Shown piece by piece: positions 17,669 to 28,534 of a stretch of DNA of 52,482 bases. The notes beneath the pieces were generated by a model. That model saw only the letters and a list, made by a program, of their open reading frames with translations. It had not been told where the DNA came from and searched no databases. This stretch comes from an uncultured bacterium. Lineage in GTDB: Bacteria > RBG-13-61-14 > DRUE01. The stretch covers positions 1 to 52,482 of the forward strand of contig CAZKMM010000001.1 of assembly GCA_964553915.1 (NCBI GenBank). Direction: 5' to 3'. The first letter of the stretch is position 1; each line of letters begins with the position of its first letter. A program made the position numbers and the translations under genes.

Positions 17669-18845
17669 AACAGCGCAACGGTTTTTCTCTGGCAATTAAA
17701 ATAAAACATCGGTTGCAGTTTAAACAACTGGCAGGAGAGGTATCTCCGCTTAAAATTTTTTGGGGAAAATCCGGCTGGCGAATCAGGGGTCTTCCCAGAG
17801 CAACCAAATCCGCACTTCCCTCTCTTAATATCTCTTCCATCACTAAAGGAGTGCGAATTCCTCCCACCAAGATTAAGGGAATTTTTATTCTTGGTTTTAT
17901 TTTTCGGGCGTTTTCCAGAAAATATGCCTCCTGGAACTGGAATCTCTTTCTCATTGCCCGAATAATCAATTTATAGCGAAATCGCTTAAAACCTCTGATT
18001 CCTTCCAGAACCTCCTCCTCGGGAATATCTCCCCGGCTGATATTCAAACCGGATTCAAAAGTCCCGCCGGTAAGTTTAATGGCATCAACTCCCAGCTCCT
18101 CCAACCGCTCTACCACCCATCCGCATTCCTCCACACTGAAACCATCTTTAATCTGGTCTTCACTGTTGATTTTGACCAGAAGAGGAAAATCCCTTCCCAC
18201 TTCCTGGCGAATTGCCCTGATTATCTCAAAAAGAAACCGAGACCTTGCTGGTAGGTCTCCACCCCACCGGTCAATTCGTTTATTGGTTCTTCGGGCAAGA
18301 AATTGACTGAGCAAATATCCGTGCCCGGCTAACACCTCTACTCCGTCAAATCCAGCAGATTTTGCCCGACGAGCCCCTAAAGCAAATGCTCTGATGGTTT
18401 CTTCTATCTCTCTTTCGGTCATTGCCCGAGGTATAATCCCGGTCAGGCGGTCTTTAACCGGACTGGGGGCAATTACATCACCACCTACCAGTTCCGGCTG
18501 GGTCTGACGACCGCAGTGATAGATTTGAAGAACTATCTTTGCTCCAAGCTTATGAACCTCCTCTGCCAGACGGGAAAGCCCGGGAATCAGGCTATCATCA
18601 TAAACCCCGATTAAATACCTGACCGACCTGCCATTTCTCTGAACATAGGCTCCTCCAGTGATTAAAAGCCCGGCACCACCCTGAGCCTGCTTTTGATAAA
18701 ATTTAATCAGCTTCTCAGTAACCTCCCCCTGTTCGGTTGCCATATTTTCTACCATTGCAGCTTTGACAATTCGGTTGGGAAGCTGGAGGCTACCAATTTT
18801 TATTGGCTGGGAAATTAAAAGAGAATCAGGGCTGGCTTCTGACAT
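17637..18845 (-). CDS. Old Yellow Enzyme-family NADH:flavin oxidoreductase with a C-terminal Cys cluster
   Basis: OYE TIM-barrel motifs: GGAGLLITGG, QIYHCGRQ, GFDGVEVLAGHGYLLSQFL, RWGG. C-terminal CLNCNRC..C resembles the Fe-S site of 2,4-dienoyl-CoA reductase, but the protein stops at 402 aa. Confidence 0.8.
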   Translation of the reverse strand: MSEASPDSLLISQPIKIGSLQLPNRIVKAAMVENMATEQGEVTEKLIKFYQKQAQGGAGLLITGGAYVQRNGRSVRYLIGVYDDSLIPGLSRLAEEVHKLGAKIVLQIYHCGRQTQPELVGGDVIAPSPVKDRLTGIIPRAMTEREIEETIRAFALGARRAKSAGFDGVEVLAGHGYLLSQFLARRTNKRIDRWGGDLPARSRFLFEIIRAIRQEVGRDFPLLVKINSEDQIKDGFSVEECGWVVERLEELGVDAIKLTGGTFESGLNISRGDIPEEEVLEGIRGFKRFRYKLIIRAMRKRFQFQEAYFLENARKIKPRIKIPLILVGGIRTPLVMEEILREGSADLVALGRPLIRQPDFPQKILSGDTSPASCLNCNRCFILIAREKPLRCYGQDKIKSER

Positions 18846-18899
18846 TGTTGACCTCGCTTTCAGGAGAAAAGAATTTCAGGCTAAAAACCAGATACCCGT

Positions 18900-20156
18900 T
18901 CAAGTACCCAGCTCCCAGCTGGAAAGATATTTCTTTTGCTCAGGAGTAAGCCGGTCTATTTTTATCCCCATACTTTTCAGCTTGAGCCGGGCAATCTCCC
19001 GGTCTATCTCGCCGGGAACACCATAAACCTCTTTTTCCAGCTTCTTTCCTTCCCTGACCAGATACCGCACTGCCAGTGCCTGATTGGCAAAGCTCATATC
19101 CATTACCACCGAAGGATGCCCCTCGGCTGAAGCAAGATTGATTAATCTACCCTCCCCTAAAAGATAAATTCTTCTGCCATCTCTTAACTGATATTCATCA
19201 ACAAAGGGACGAATTCTTCTGGTCCGGCGGGAAAGCCTTTTTAGAGCCTTTTTATTTATCTCCACATCAAAATGACCGCTATTAGCTAAAACCGCACCGT
19301 CCTTCATTAGTTTCAGGGCCGGCTCATCAATCGCATTAATATCTCCGGTGACCGTGACGAAAATATCTCCCTGCCGAGCCGCCTCCCTTACCGGCATTAC
19401 CCGAAATCCATCCATCACCGCTTCCAGTGCCCGTAGCGGGTCCACCTCGCAAATAATCACATTTGCTCCCATTCCCCGGGCACGATTTGCCACTCCTCTT
19501 CCACACTGTCCATAGCCGACCACCACAAAATTTTTTCCAGCAAGGAGAATATTGGTGGCACGAAGAATTCCATCAATTGTGCTCTGCCCGGTTCCATAGC
19601 GGTTATCAAAAAAGTGTTTGGTCTGAGCATCGTTCACCGCGATTACCGGGAAGAGAAGTTTTTTTTGCTCCGCCAGACTTCGGAGACGAATCACCCCGGT
19701 GGTGGTTTCTTCGGTTCCACCCAGCATCCCTTGTGCCAGCTTCCGGCGCTGGCTGTGAATTGTCCCCACCAGGTCCGCACCATCATCCATAGTAATATGA
19801 GGCTTTATATCCAGAACAGAATTTATGTGCTGGTAATAAGTTTTTCGGTCCTCACCTTTGATGGCAAAAACGCTTATCCCCAGCTTCTTTACCAGCCAGC
19901 TGGCAACATCATCCTGGGTGCTGAGGGGATTACTGGCACAGAGAGCAAGCTGGGCGCCCCCTGCTTTTAAAGTCTTCATCAAAACCGCGGTCTCCGTCGT
20001 GACATGAAGACAGGCTCCAATCCGAATTCCCTTTAAAGGTTTCTCCTTTTCAAAACGCTTGCGAATTAATCCCAGAACCGGCATCTGCCTTTCCGCCCAT
20101 TCAACTCTTCCTTCTCCCGGCTTTGCCAGACTCAAATCACGAACATCATATTTCAT
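18900..20156 (-). CDS. ahcY: Adenosylhomocysteinase
   Basis: 418 aa. [14 protein letters not shown] and the NAD fold [13 protein letters not shown]. Adjacent to metK. Confidence 0.9.
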   Translation of the reverse strand: MKYDVRDLSLAKPGEGRVEWAERQMPVLGLIRKRFEKEKPLKGIRIGACLHVTTETAVLMKTLKAGGAQLALCASNPLSTQDDVASWLVKKLGISVFAIKGEDRKTYYQHINSVLDIKPHITMDDGADLVGTIHSQRRKLAQGMLGGTEETTTGVIRLRSLAEQKKLLFPVIAVNDAQTKHFFDNRYGTGQSTIDGILRATNILLAGKNFVVVGYGQCGRGVANRARGMGANVIICEVDPLRALEAVMDGFRVMPVREAARQGDIFVTVTGDINAIDEPALKLMKDGAVLANSGHFDVEINKKALKRLSRRTRRIRPFVDEYQLRDGRRIYLLGEGRLINLASAEGHPSVVMDMSFANQALAVRYLVREGKKLEKEVYGVPGEIDREIARLKLKSMGIKIDRLTPEQKKYLSSWELGT

Positions 20157-20174
20157 CCTTCACCTCCAGAAAAT

Positions 20175-21347
20175 TTATCCTGCCAGCACCTCTTTTAATT
20201 TTTGGGCAAGGTCGGTTTTTTCCCAGCTAAATTCCGCTCCAGAACGACCAAAATGACCATAAGCCGCGGTTTTCTCATAAATAGGTCGGAGCAGGTTTAA
20301 ATGCTCAATAATCTCCCGGGGACGGAGAGGAAAAACCTTTCTTACCGCCCGGGCGAGCTTTTCTTCTGAAACCTTGCTGGTGCCAAAGGTCTGAATCTCA
20401 ATCATAACCGAAACCGGCTCTGCCACGCCAATCGCGTAAGCAAGCTGAACCTCACAGCGATTTGCCAGTCTGGCTTTAACAATGTTTTTAGCAATATAAC
20501 GAGCCATATAAGCTGCGCTCCGGTCCACCTTGCTCGGGTCTTTTCCGGAAAAACATCCTCCACCGTGTCTTCCCATTCCTCCATAGGTATCAACAATAAT
20601 CTTTCTCCCGGTCAAGCCAGTATCTGCCCAGGGACCGCCTTTTTCAAATCTCCCGGTAGGATTAATGTAATATTTAACCCGGGGGCTGAGATATTTTTTC
20701 GGGATAACTTTCTTTATCACCTCTTCAATAATTCCCTCTTCCAGGCTCTTTTGCTTTACCTCCGGGGTATGCTGAGCCGCAATAACTACCGCGGTAACTT
20801 CCTGGGGACGATAATCTTTATATCTGACCGTCACCTGGCTTTTTCCATCCGGACGAAGAAAATTTAAGATGCCTTTCTTTCTTACCTCTGCTAATCTTCG
20901 GGTAAGACGATGAGCAAACATAATGGGCATTGGCATTAGCTCCGGAGTTTCATCACAGGCATAGCCGAACATCATTCCCTGGTCGCCAGCTCCCTGAGTT
21001 TTTTTATTTTTCTTTACCACTCCCCGACGGATATCCGGAGATTGCTCATGAACAAAGGTAAGGATAGAACAGCCCTTATAATCAAATCCTACCTCCGGGT
21101 CATCATAACCAATTCTTTTAATCACCTTCCGGGCAACTTCCGGAATGGCTACCCGGCTGAACCCCTCGCTGGTAATCTCTCCGGCGATGAGTACCGTGTT
21201 AGTTGTAACCAGGGTCTCGCAGGCAACTTTTGATTCCGGGTCCCAGTTGATCATTGCATCCAGCACCGCATCAGAAATCTGGTCAGCAATTTTATCCGGA
21301 TGCCCCTCGGTAACAGACTCACTGCTAAACAAAAATTCCCTGCTCAC
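20175..21347 (-). CDS. metK: S-adenosylmethionine synthetase
   Basis: [48 protein letters not shown]. Confidence 0.95.
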   Translation of the reverse strand: MSREFLFSSESVTEGHPDKIADQISDAVLDAMINWDPESKVACETLVTTNTVLIAGEITSEGFSRVAIPEVARKVIKRIGYDDPEVGFDYKGCSILTFVHEQSPDIRRGVVKKNKKTQGAGDQGMMFGYACDETPELMPMPIMFAHRLTRRLAEVRKKGILNFLRPDGKSQVTVRYKDYRPQEVTAVVIAAQHTPEVKQKSLEEGIIEEVIKKVIPKKYLSPRVKYYINPTGRFEKGGPWADTGLTGRKIIVDTYGGMGRHGGGCFSGKDPSKVDRSAAYMARYIAKNIVKARLANRCEVQLAYAIGVAEPVSVMIEIQTFGTSKVSEEKLARAVRKVFPLRPREIIEHLNLLRPIYEKTAAYGHFGRSGAEFSWEKTDLAQKLKEVLAG

Positions 21348-21375
21348 CTCTTTACCCTCCTCAAATTTAAATTTT

Positions 21376-23199
21376 TTAAACCTGGTCTTCTCTCTGACAA
21401 ATAAACTTTTGGTCTGAAGTGGCTGATTTTTTTATCCCAAAACTATAAATCTCTTTCCATTCTTTTTCAATCTGGCTCTGGAGAAAATCCTTGACCTGTT
21501 GAGCGGTAGAGAATTTTAGTAATTCCTCTACCATTGGTTCAAGCTCGCTGGCTTTTAATCCCCGAAGCACCCTTCTTACCCTGGGAATCAGCCGGGCAGG
21601 CATACTCAACTGGTCCAGACCCAAACCTACCAAAACTGGCAGATAAAAAACATCTCCTGCCATTTCCCCGCACATTGCCACTCTGATCCCGGCTTGATGA
21701 GCGCAATCCACGGTATGCTTGACCATCTTTAAAATAGAAGGATGCAGAGGCTGGTAAAGATAAGACACATATTCATTCACCCGGTCAATAGCAAGAACAT
21801 ATTGAATCAAATCATTGGTGCCAATGCTGAAAAAATCCACCTCCTCTGCCAGCTGGTCTGCAAGCATCACCGCGCTGGGAACTTCTATCATTATTCCCAC
21901 CGGAATTTCGGGATTAAATTTAATACCTTCCCGGTCCAGTTCCTCCATTGCTTCCTGAAGAATTCTTTTTGCTTCCCGAACCTCTTCCAGTCCAGAAATT
22001 AAGGGGAACATTATTTCAACTTTTCCAAAGGCACTTGCCCGAAGAATTCCTCTTAACTGGGTTTTAAAAATTTCCGGTCTTTTCAGGCAGAAACGAATTG
22101 CCCGCAAACCAAGGGCAGGATTCATTTCTTCCGCCAGCTCCAGTTGACTGGCAAATTTATCTCCCCCCAGGTCAAAAGTGCGGATGGTTGCCTGATAAGG
22201 AGCAACCGCCTCTGCCAGCTTGCGATAGTTTTCAAAATGGTCTTCTTCATCAGGAAGTCGCTCCCGGTCCAGATAAAGGTATTCTGTGCGATAAAGCCCA
22301 ACCCCTTCCGCTCCGTATTTCTTGAGGATGTTTATCTCTGCCAGAACCTCCAGATTGGCAGAAAGCTGAATCTTTCTCCCATCTTTTGTCACGCTTGGAG
22401 GAGTGGCATATTCTTGAAGAAAAATCCGAATATTCTCCAGCTCTGCTTTTCGCTCCTGGTAGCGGGCACAAAAATCCGAAGCAGGATTGATAATAACTTC
22501 CCCTGCCCCACCATCCACAATCAGAATATCTCCATCCCCCACCAGCTCGGTAATTCTCTCCAAGCCTACCACCGCAGGAATCTCTAACGAACGAGCTACA
22601 ATCGCGGTATGGGAGGTGCGACTGCCCACATCTGTAGCGAACCCCAGCACCTTGGAAAAAATCATCCTCGCGGTCTGGTCCGGGCGAAGGTCCGGAGCCA
22701 CCACAATCACTGGCTCGGTAATTTGAGAAAAATCCAGCTCTTTATACCCCACCAGTTTATCTAAAAGCCTCTGCCCCACCAGTTCAATATCTCTTCCTCT
22801 TTCTCTCAGGTAGGGGTCACGCAAAGAGGCAAAAACCTTAAGCCAATCATCTATCACCTTGCGGATTGCCCACTCACAATTAATCTGCTCAGTCCGTATC
22901 CTCTCTTTTACCTCCTCCCAGAGAGTCTGGTCCTTCATAATTAAAAGATGAGCCTCAACAATTAAAAATGGCTCCCGATGTTTATGTTTATCTAGGTCTT
23001 GTTTTAATTCCTCCAGCTCCTTGATTATCTCGCTAACCGTCTGGTCTAAACGGGTTATTTCTCCATCTATCTCCGAGTCACTCAGCTTTCGCTTGGGAAT
23101 TGGAGAAAGGGCAGTCCTTAAAACATAAGCCGGACCGGCAACAATTCCCTCACTGGCAGGTATCCCTTTTAGTTTGAGATTGACTGGTTTTTCCTCCAT
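21376..23199 (-). CDS. ptsI: Phosphoenolpyruvate-protein phosphotransferase (PTS Enzyme I)
   Basis: [21 protein letters not shown] phospho-His motif, PEP-utilising domain ([15 protein letters not shown]). 607 aa. The start abuts the ptsH stop (TAAATG). Confidence 0.9.
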   Translation of the reverse strand: MEEKPVNLKLKGIPASEGIVAGPAYVLRTALSPIPKRKLSDSEIDGEITRLDQTVSEIIKELEELKQDLDKHKHREPFLIVEAHLLIMKDQTLWEEVKERIRTEQINCEWAIRKVIDDWLKVFASLRDPYLRERGRDIELVGQRLLDKLVGYKELDFSQITEPVIVVAPDLRPDQTARMIFSKVLGFATDVGSRTSHTAIVARSLEIPAVVGLERITELVGDGDILIVDGGAGEVIINPASDFCARYQERKAELENIRIFLQEYATPPSVTKDGRKIQLSANLEVLAEINILKKYGAEGVGLYRTEYLYLDRERLPDEEDHFENYRKLAEAVAPYQATIRTFDLGGDKFASQLELAEEMNPALGLRAIRFCLKRPEIFKTQLRGILRASAFGKVEIMFPLISGLEEVREAKRILQEAMEELDREGIKFNPEIPVGIMIEVPSAVMLADQLAEEVDFFSIGTNDLIQYVLAIDRVNEYVSYLYQPLHPSILKMVKHTVDCAHQAGIRVAMCGEMAGDVFYLPVLVGLGLDQLSMPARLIPRVRRVLRGLKASELEPMVEELLKFSTAQQVKDFLQSQIEKEWKEIYSFGIKKSATSDQKFICQREDQV

Positions 23200-23499
23200 T
23201 TATTCTTCCTCACCAAATCGTTCTTCAATTAACTGAGCCAGGGCGTGAATCGCTTCTTCCGCGTCCTCTCCCTGAGCTCGTAAAATTAACTCAGAGCCCT
23301 TGCTCGCTTCTAAAGCCATTAGTCCCAAAATGCTTTTGGCATCTGCCTCAATGTTTCCTTTGACCACCTTTATTTGAGAGTTAAATTGTGCTGCTAAGTT
23401 GCGAAATTTTCCCGCAGCTCGGGCATGCATTCCCAGTCGGTTACAGATTTTAACCTTCCTTTCTACTACCCTCTCGCCCAAACTAACCGCCTTGCTCAT
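23200..23499 (-). CDS. ptsH: Phosphocarrier protein HPr/NPr
   Basis: GMHARAAG (His-15 equivalent) and AKSILGLM (Ser-46 equivalent). 99 aa. Confidence 0.85.
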   Translation of the reverse strand: MSKAVSLGERVVERKVKICNRLGMHARAAGKFRNLAAQFNSQIKVVKGNIEADAKSILGLMALEASKGSELILRAQGEDAEEAIHALAQLIEERFGEEE

Positions 23500-23501
23500 C
23501 T

Positions 23502-23906
23502 CTAGACTTTCTTCTTCATTATTTCACTGGCAACCGCAATGTTCTTTCTACCCGCATCCCGAGCCTGGCGAGCAATTTCCTTTAAATCTTTTCCCTGCCT
23601 GCCCACACTGATCTTCAAAAGCATGGGAAGGTTGACCCCACTCACTACTTCTACCTTTTTATCTTGAAGAAAACTCAAACTGACATTGCTTGGAGTTCCT
23701 CCAAATAAATCTGTCAGAATCAAAATCCCATCTCCCTGGTCAACACTGATAATCGCCTGCTCCAGCCTCTCCGCTATGCTCTCCAGTTTCTCCTCCGGGT
23801 CTATGCTGATGGCAATGCAAGCGGGAATTTCCCCCACAATTAAACTTGCCGCTTTTACCAGTTCATCTGCGATTTGACAATGGGTGACAATAACAATCCC
23901 GACCAT
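23502..23906 (-). CDS. PTS EIIA component, mannose/fructose/sorbose family
   Basis: MVGIVIVTHCQIADEL N-terminus with the phospho-His position. 134 aa. Confidence 0.75.
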   Translation of the reverse strand: MVGIVIVTHCQIADELVKAASLIVGEIPACIAISIDPEEKLESIAERLEQAIISVDQGDGILILTDLFGGTPSNVSLSFLQDKKVEVVSGVNLPMLLKISVGRQGKDLKEIARQARDAGRKNIAVASEIMKKKV

Positions 23907-23915
23907 TCTTCCTCC

Positions 23916-24884
23916 TTATTCTATCTCCTCACTAAAAGAGCTTTCATCTGCTTCCTTCTGTAAAAGCTCCTCTAAAAGCCGACGCTGAAAATCCCGGGCA
24001 GAATGATAGCCCTTAATCTTTAAAAGCTGATTGCGTGCCGCTACTTCAATAATCGTGGTCAGGTTCCTGCCCGGACGAACCGGGATGGTAAGGTGAGGAA
24101 CCTCCACCCCTAAAATGGTATAGGTTTCTTCTTCTAATCCCAGCCGGTCATAATCCTGGTCCGGCTCCCATTCCACCAGCTCAATTACCAGCTCTATTTT
24201 CTTCCGGTCCCGAATAGAAGCAATCCCGAATAAATCCTTAATATTGATAATTCCCAGCCCCCGAATCTCCATATGGTATTTGATCATCTCCGAACCTTTT
24301 CCGATCAGGGTGCGTTGACCTCGCTTGCGAATCTCCACAATGTCATCCGCAACCAACCGGTGCCCTCTTAAAACCAGGTCAAGAGCGGTTTCGCTTTTCC
24401 CGATTCCGCTCTGACCAAGAATCAAAACTCCAATTCCATAAACATCTATTAAAACTCCGTGAAGGCTAATACTTGGAGAAAGATGCTCTTCTAAAAACTG
24501 ATTAAGCCGAGAAATAAATTCCGCGGTTGCCAGCTCCGTGCTTAAAAGAGGGATTTTTTTCCGAAGAGAAATCCGAACCATCTCCGGATAAGGCTCTATC
24601 CCCCGGGTAATAATTAAACAGGGAAATTCAAAGCTGAACATTTTTTCTAAAACCTTTCTTCGCTCCAGGTCAGAAAGCATATCCAGGTATGCTTTTTCAC
24701 TCCCTCCAAAGATTTGAATCTGGTCCTCAGAAAGCTCAAATTTAATCCCTGCCAGAGTTAAACCAAGTTTGTGCACCTCGCTATCCTTTATCACCCGCTC
24801 CAGCCCTTCTTCACCAGAAATCAGATGAAGCCCCAGCTGATAGCTCTTTTCCTCCAGCAGTCGTGATACCTTTATTCCTTCCAT
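23916..24884 (-). CDS. hprK: HPr kinase/phosphorylase
   Basis: P-loop GQSGIGKSETALDLV, LVADD, MEIRGLGIINI. 322 aa. Confidence 0.9.
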   Translation of the reverse strand: MEGIKVSRLLEEKSYQLGLHLISGEEGLERVIKDSEVHKLGLTLAGIKFELSEDQIQIFGGSEKAYLDMLSDLERRKVLEKMFSFEFPCLIITRGIEPYPEMVRISLRKKIPLLSTELATAEFISRLNQFLEEHLSPSISLHGVLIDVYGIGVLILGQSGIGKSETALDLVLRGHRLVADDIVEIRKRGQRTLIGKGSEMIKYHMEIRGLGIINIKDLFGIASIRDRKKIELVIELVEWEPDQDYDRLGLEEETYTILGVEVPHLTIPVRPGRNLTTIIEVAARNQLLKIKGYHSARDFQRRLLEELLQKEADESSFSEEIE

Positions 24885-24887
24885 CTC

Positions 24888-25352
24888 CTATAACCGGTCA
24901 TCTTCTTCCGAAAGTATTTGATAAACTTCTTCTGGAGACCGAGCAGAAAGAAGCCGGGAAATCAAATCTGGAAGCTGGCAGAGCCGGGCAATTCTAGCTA
25001 AAACCCGAAGATGCTCAGAAGTTGCTTCCTGGGGAGCAAAAAGCAGAAAAAAGATATGAGTAGGCTTCTGGTCCGGCGCCCCGAAATCAACCCCGCTTTT
25101 GCTTACCCCAAGACTTAAAATTAATTTTTCCAGTCCCGCCACTCTTCCGTGAGGAACCGCCACCCCCCCACCAATCGCGGTGGAACTCTGCTCCTCTCTC
25201 TCCTTTAATATCCGAAACAACTTTTCCCGCTCCACTAAAAGTCCATCAGGAAGAGCATCAACCAATTCTTTTAAAACCTCTTCCCGGGTCCGTGCCCGAA
25301 GCTCGGAAATAATCGCTTCCTGACATAATATCTCCTTTAACCGCATCCTCAA
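24888..25352 (-). CDS. ptsN: PTS EIIA(Ntr), nitrogen-regulatory IIA
   Basis: EIIA type-2 fold with GGGVAVPHGRV phospho-His motif. Its position after rpoN-hpf matches the conserved synteny. Confidence 0.85.
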   Translation of the reverse strand: MRMRLKEILCQEAIISELRARTREEVLKELVDALPDGLLVEREKLFRILKEREEQSSTAIGGGVAVPHGRVAGLEKLILSLGVSKSGVDFGAPDQKPTHIFFLLFAPQEATSEHLRVLARIARLCQLPDLISRLLSARSPEEVYQILSEEDDRL

Positions 25353-25371
25353 CCCCCATCTCGCCTTCTCC

Positions 25372-25890
25372 TTATACTGATTCTACCAAACCATAATTGC
25401 CATCTTCTCTCCGGTATAAAACATAAATTTTCTCATTCTCCGCATTGCGAAAGACGATAAAGCCAGTCGGAGAATCTTCAAGATACAATAAAGCCTCATC
25501 CACCGTCACCGGCTTGGGCAAAAACAATTCCGGAGTGGAAATAATTTCTGGAGAAGATACACCCTCCCCTTCTTCTACCTGCTGGGCATTACCTCTTTTT
25601 CTTTTGGTTGGCTTGAACCGGTCCCGGTATTTTCTTACCTGGGTTTCCAGCTTGGAAAATGCCTGGTCAAATGCCAGATAAAAATTATCTGCCTGCTCCT
25701 GAGAAAAAAACTGAGCCCCATCCGCACTGATATTCATCTCTACTAAATAGCGATTCTTTTCCCTGGTAAAAATAACCTGAGCATCATTCGGGCGATGAAG
25801 AAGTTTTAAAAGACGAGCAATTTCTCGCTCCGCATAAGATTTTAATTCCGGCTCCGGTTCCGTATGCCGAAAAGTCACCCTTATCTCCAT
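25372..25890 (-). CDS. hpf: Ribosome hibernation promoting factor (long form)
   Basis: N-terminal S30AE/HPF fold (MEIRVTFRHTE..) plus a C-terminal dimerisation extension. 172 aa. Immediately downstream of rpoN. Confidence 0.85.
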   Translation of the reverse strand: MEIRVTFRHTEPEPELKSYAEREIARLLKLLHRPNDAQVIFTREKNRYLVEMNISADGAQFFSQEQADNFYLAFDQAFSKLETQVRKYRDRFKPTKRKRGNAQQVEEGEGVSSPEIISTPELFLPKPVTVDEALLYLEDSPTGFIVFRNAENEKIYVLYRREDGNYGLVESV

Positions 25891-25891
25891 C

Positions 25892-27316
25892 TTACCTCAC
25901 CTCTCGGTATTTTTTCCTTTTGCTACTCGGTAAAATCCCCATACTCTCCCGATACTTGCTCACGGTTCTTCGGGCTATCTCAATTCCATATTCCTCCCAC
26001 AAAATTTTAACAATCTCCCGGTCACTGTAAGGATGCTCTGGGGCTTCCCGATTGATTATCTGCCTGATTCTCTCCTTCACGCTTTCACTGGCAACCGGCT
26101 CCCCGCTTAAAGAATTAATTCGGGAATTAAAGAAAAATTTCATACTGAAAATTCCGTGAGGAGTATGAACCCATTTATTAGTGGTAACTCTGCTCACGGT
26201 GGATTCGTGCATTCCGATATCCTGAGCAACATCTTTGAGAATCAGGGGCTTGAGGTATGCAACTCCTTTGTCAAAAAACTCTTGCTGAAATTTAATGATA
26301 CTTTCCATTACCCGATATATGGTGCGCTGACGCTGATGTATGCTCCGAATCAACCACATAGCACTTTGAACCTTCTCCTTAATATATTCTTTAGTTGCCT
26401 CCGGGGTGTTGGAGCGAAGCAAACTCAAATAATAAGGACTGATCCGGAGTTTAGGAAGCCCATCCTCATTCAATACAATTGTATAACCATCACCGGAGCG
26501 AAACACATAGATATCTGGAGTAATATACTGCACCCGCTCCTCACCAAAAGGACGACCGGGCTTGGGCTCCAGCTCGCAGATTATCCGAACCGTTTCTTTA
26601 ACCTCTTCTAAAGAAACCTTTTCCCGACGAGCTATTTTTTTATAATCTTTGGCTTCCAGCTCCTTCAGGTAATTCTTGACAATTTTTTCTGCTAAAGGAT
26701 TGTTAACCTCCCACTGTTTTAACTGTAAAAGCAAACATTCCTGTAGATTTCTAGCTCCCACTCCAGCCGGGTCAAAATTCTGAACCCTTTTCAGCACCTG
26801 CTCTACTTCTTCCGGAGTTTTGCCAAACTCCTGAGCAATATGTTCAACCGGCATCTTTAAATAGCCATCATCATCAATATTGCCGATAATATACTCCGCG
26901 ATTTCTTCTTCCTCCCTGGTGAAATCACTTAAGCGTAGTTGCCAGAGCAGATGCTCGCTAAGCGTCACGCCTTTGGCAACTCTGGTTTCTAAAGGCGGAG
27001 GCTCCTCGGTCTGCTCGGAAAATCTAAAACCATATTCGCTGGTATTGAAACGATCAGTAAGCTCTTCCCAGTTAAGTTCATCATAGCTTTGCTCTCCAGA
27101 ATTTTCCCCTTCACCTTCTGAGTGAGAAGGAATCAACTCCGAAGGTAGTTCTTCTCCCCGTTCTTCTTCCAAAACCGGATTCTCCATCATCTCCTGATTA
27201 ATCAAGTCTGCCAGCTCCATCCGACTCAACTGCAAAAGCTTAATTGCCTGCTGGAGCTGGGGAGTCATTACCAGCTGTTGAACTAATCTCAGGCTTTGTT
27301 TTAAATCAATCGCCAT
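25892..27316 (-). CDS. rpoN: RNA polymerase sigma-54 factor
   Basis: Gln/Leu-rich region I (LVMTPQLQQAIKLLQLS), an acidic linker and an HTH. RpoN box ARRTVSKYRESMGI. Confidence 0.95.
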   Translation of the reverse strand: MAIDLKQSLRLVQQLVMTPQLQQAIKLLQLSRMELADLINQEMMENPVLEEERGEELPSELIPSHSEGEGENSGEQSYDELNWEELTDRFNTSEYGFRFSEQTEEPPPLETRVAKGVTLSEHLLWQLRLSDFTREEEEIAEYIIGNIDDDGYLKMPVEHIAQEFGKTPEEVEQVLKRVQNFDPAGVGARNLQECLLLQLKQWEVNNPLAEKIVKNYLKELEAKDYKKIARREKVSLEEVKETVRIICELEPKPGRPFGEERVQYITPDIYVFRSGDGYTIVLNEDGLPKLRISPYYLSLLRSNTPEATKEYIKEKVQSAMWLIRSIHQRQRTIYRVMESIIKFQQEFFDKGVAYLKPLILKDVAQDIGMHESTVSRVTTNKWVHTPHGIFSMKFFFNSRINSLSGEPVASESVKERIRQIINREAPEHPYSDREIVKILWEEYGIEIARRTVSKYRESMGILPSSKRKKYREVR

Positions 27317-27320
27317 TTTT

Positions 27321-28055
27321 TTATAAAGTAAACTCCTTGCCCAGATAAAATTTCTTTGCCAGCTCGCTTTCTACCAGTTGCTCTGGCGTGCCTTCAATCA
27401 GGCACCTTCCCTGATTGATGATTAAAGCCCGGTCGCAAATCTTCAAGGTCTCACGAACATTATGGTCCGTGATGACCACGCCAATTCCCCGGTCTTTCAG
27501 TCCCCGAACCAGCTCCTTTAAATCTGAAATCGCTAAAGGGTCTATGCCGGTAAAAGGCTCATCAAGGAGAATGAATAAAGGACTTAAAACCAAGCTCCGG
27601 GCTATCTCGCACCTTCTCCGCTCCCCACCAGAAAGGGTTAGAGCAGATTGATGTTCCAGATGCTTGAGCCCAAAATCTTTAAGTAAACCCTCCACCAGCA
27701 TCTTCTGCTCAGAAGGGCTTAAGCCAGAAATTTGAGCAATTGCCTCTAAATTTTCCCGCACGGTCAGTCCCCGAAAAATAGAAGACTCCTGAGGAAGATA
27801 AGTAATTCCCCTGCGTGCCCGTTCCCACATTGGAAGATGGTCAATCCGCTGATGATTTAAATAAATCTCTCCTGCCTCTGCCTGAATCAACCCGACTAAA
27901 AGATAAAAAGTGGTGGTCTTGCCCGCCCCATTGGGACCAAGCAAGCCGAAGACCTCGCCCGATGCCACTTCAAAACTAATCCCATCTACCACTCGTCTCT
28001 TTCGGTAGCTTTTTACCAGTCCAGATACCTTTAGTTTTGCTCTGGAATTATTCAT
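27321..28055 (-). CDS. lptB: LPS export ABC transporter ATPase LptB
   Basis: GPNGAGKTT, LSGGERRRCEIAR, ILLDEPF. Lies between lptA and rpoN. Confidence 0.9.
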   Translation of the reverse strand: MNNSRAKLKVSGLVKSYRKRRVVDGISFEVASGEVFGLLGPNGAGKTTTFYLLVGLIQAEAGEIYLNHQRIDHLPMWERARRGITYLPQESSIFRGLTVRENLEAIAQISGLSPSEQKMLVEGLLKDFGLKHLEHQSALTLSGGERRRCEIARSLVLSPLFILLDEPFTGIDPLAISDLKELVRGLKDRGIGVVITDHNVRETLKICDRALIINQGRCLIEGTPEQLVESELAKKFYLGKEFTL

Positions 28056-28534
28056 TTCTGCCTTTGAAATTGAATTTCTGGAGAAATCACCTCCAGCTGG
28101 GAGCTGGAAAGGTCAAAAATCATTTCTTTACCCAAAATAATTCTTCCCTGACTGACCAATCTTGGCTCTCCCCGAAGCCAGAATTTATTAGCAGATTTCA
28201 GATATTCCAGCTCTTCTCCGCTGGCAAAACTCTCTTTTTCTTTCAGCTTTACAGAACCATAAGCTTTAAGCCAGGTAATATTGCCCTGCGGGTCGTATTT
28301 CAACTTCAGTTCCTGACAATAAATTATGCTCTCCCCCTTTTTGATAACCACATCTCCCAAAAAGCGTGCATAATTTTCTTTTAATGCCAGCTCCATCTTC
28401 TTTGCCTGAATCTCCACTACCTCGCCCGGCTGCCATTGAAACCCGGTAAAAACCTGAGCCCGTTCCACTTTGGTCTGGGAAAGCAAAAATAAAACCAGAG
28501 CAAGCAAAAGCCATTCTTTGCGTTTTTTTCTCAT
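28052..28534 (-). CDS. lptA: LPS transport periplasmic protein LptA (OstA-like)
   Basis: Signal peptide (WLLLALVLFLLSQT), 160-aa OstA-type sequence. 4-nt overlaps with both lptC and lptB. Confidence 0.75.
   Translation of the reverse strand: MRKKRKEWLLLALVLFLLSQTKVERAQVFTGFQWQPGEVVEIQAKKMELALKENYARFLGDVVIKKGESIIYCQELKLKYDPQGNITWLKAYGSVKLKEKESFASGEELEYLKSANKFWLRGEPRLVSQGRIILGKEMIFDLSSSQLEVISPEIQFQRQK

Noticed and set aside
17669-17695. TTG start at 17695 for the GH31 gene.
   Set aside because: It would overlap the upstream OYE gene by 59 nt, so the in-frame ATG at 17668 is preferred. The exact start remains uncertain.
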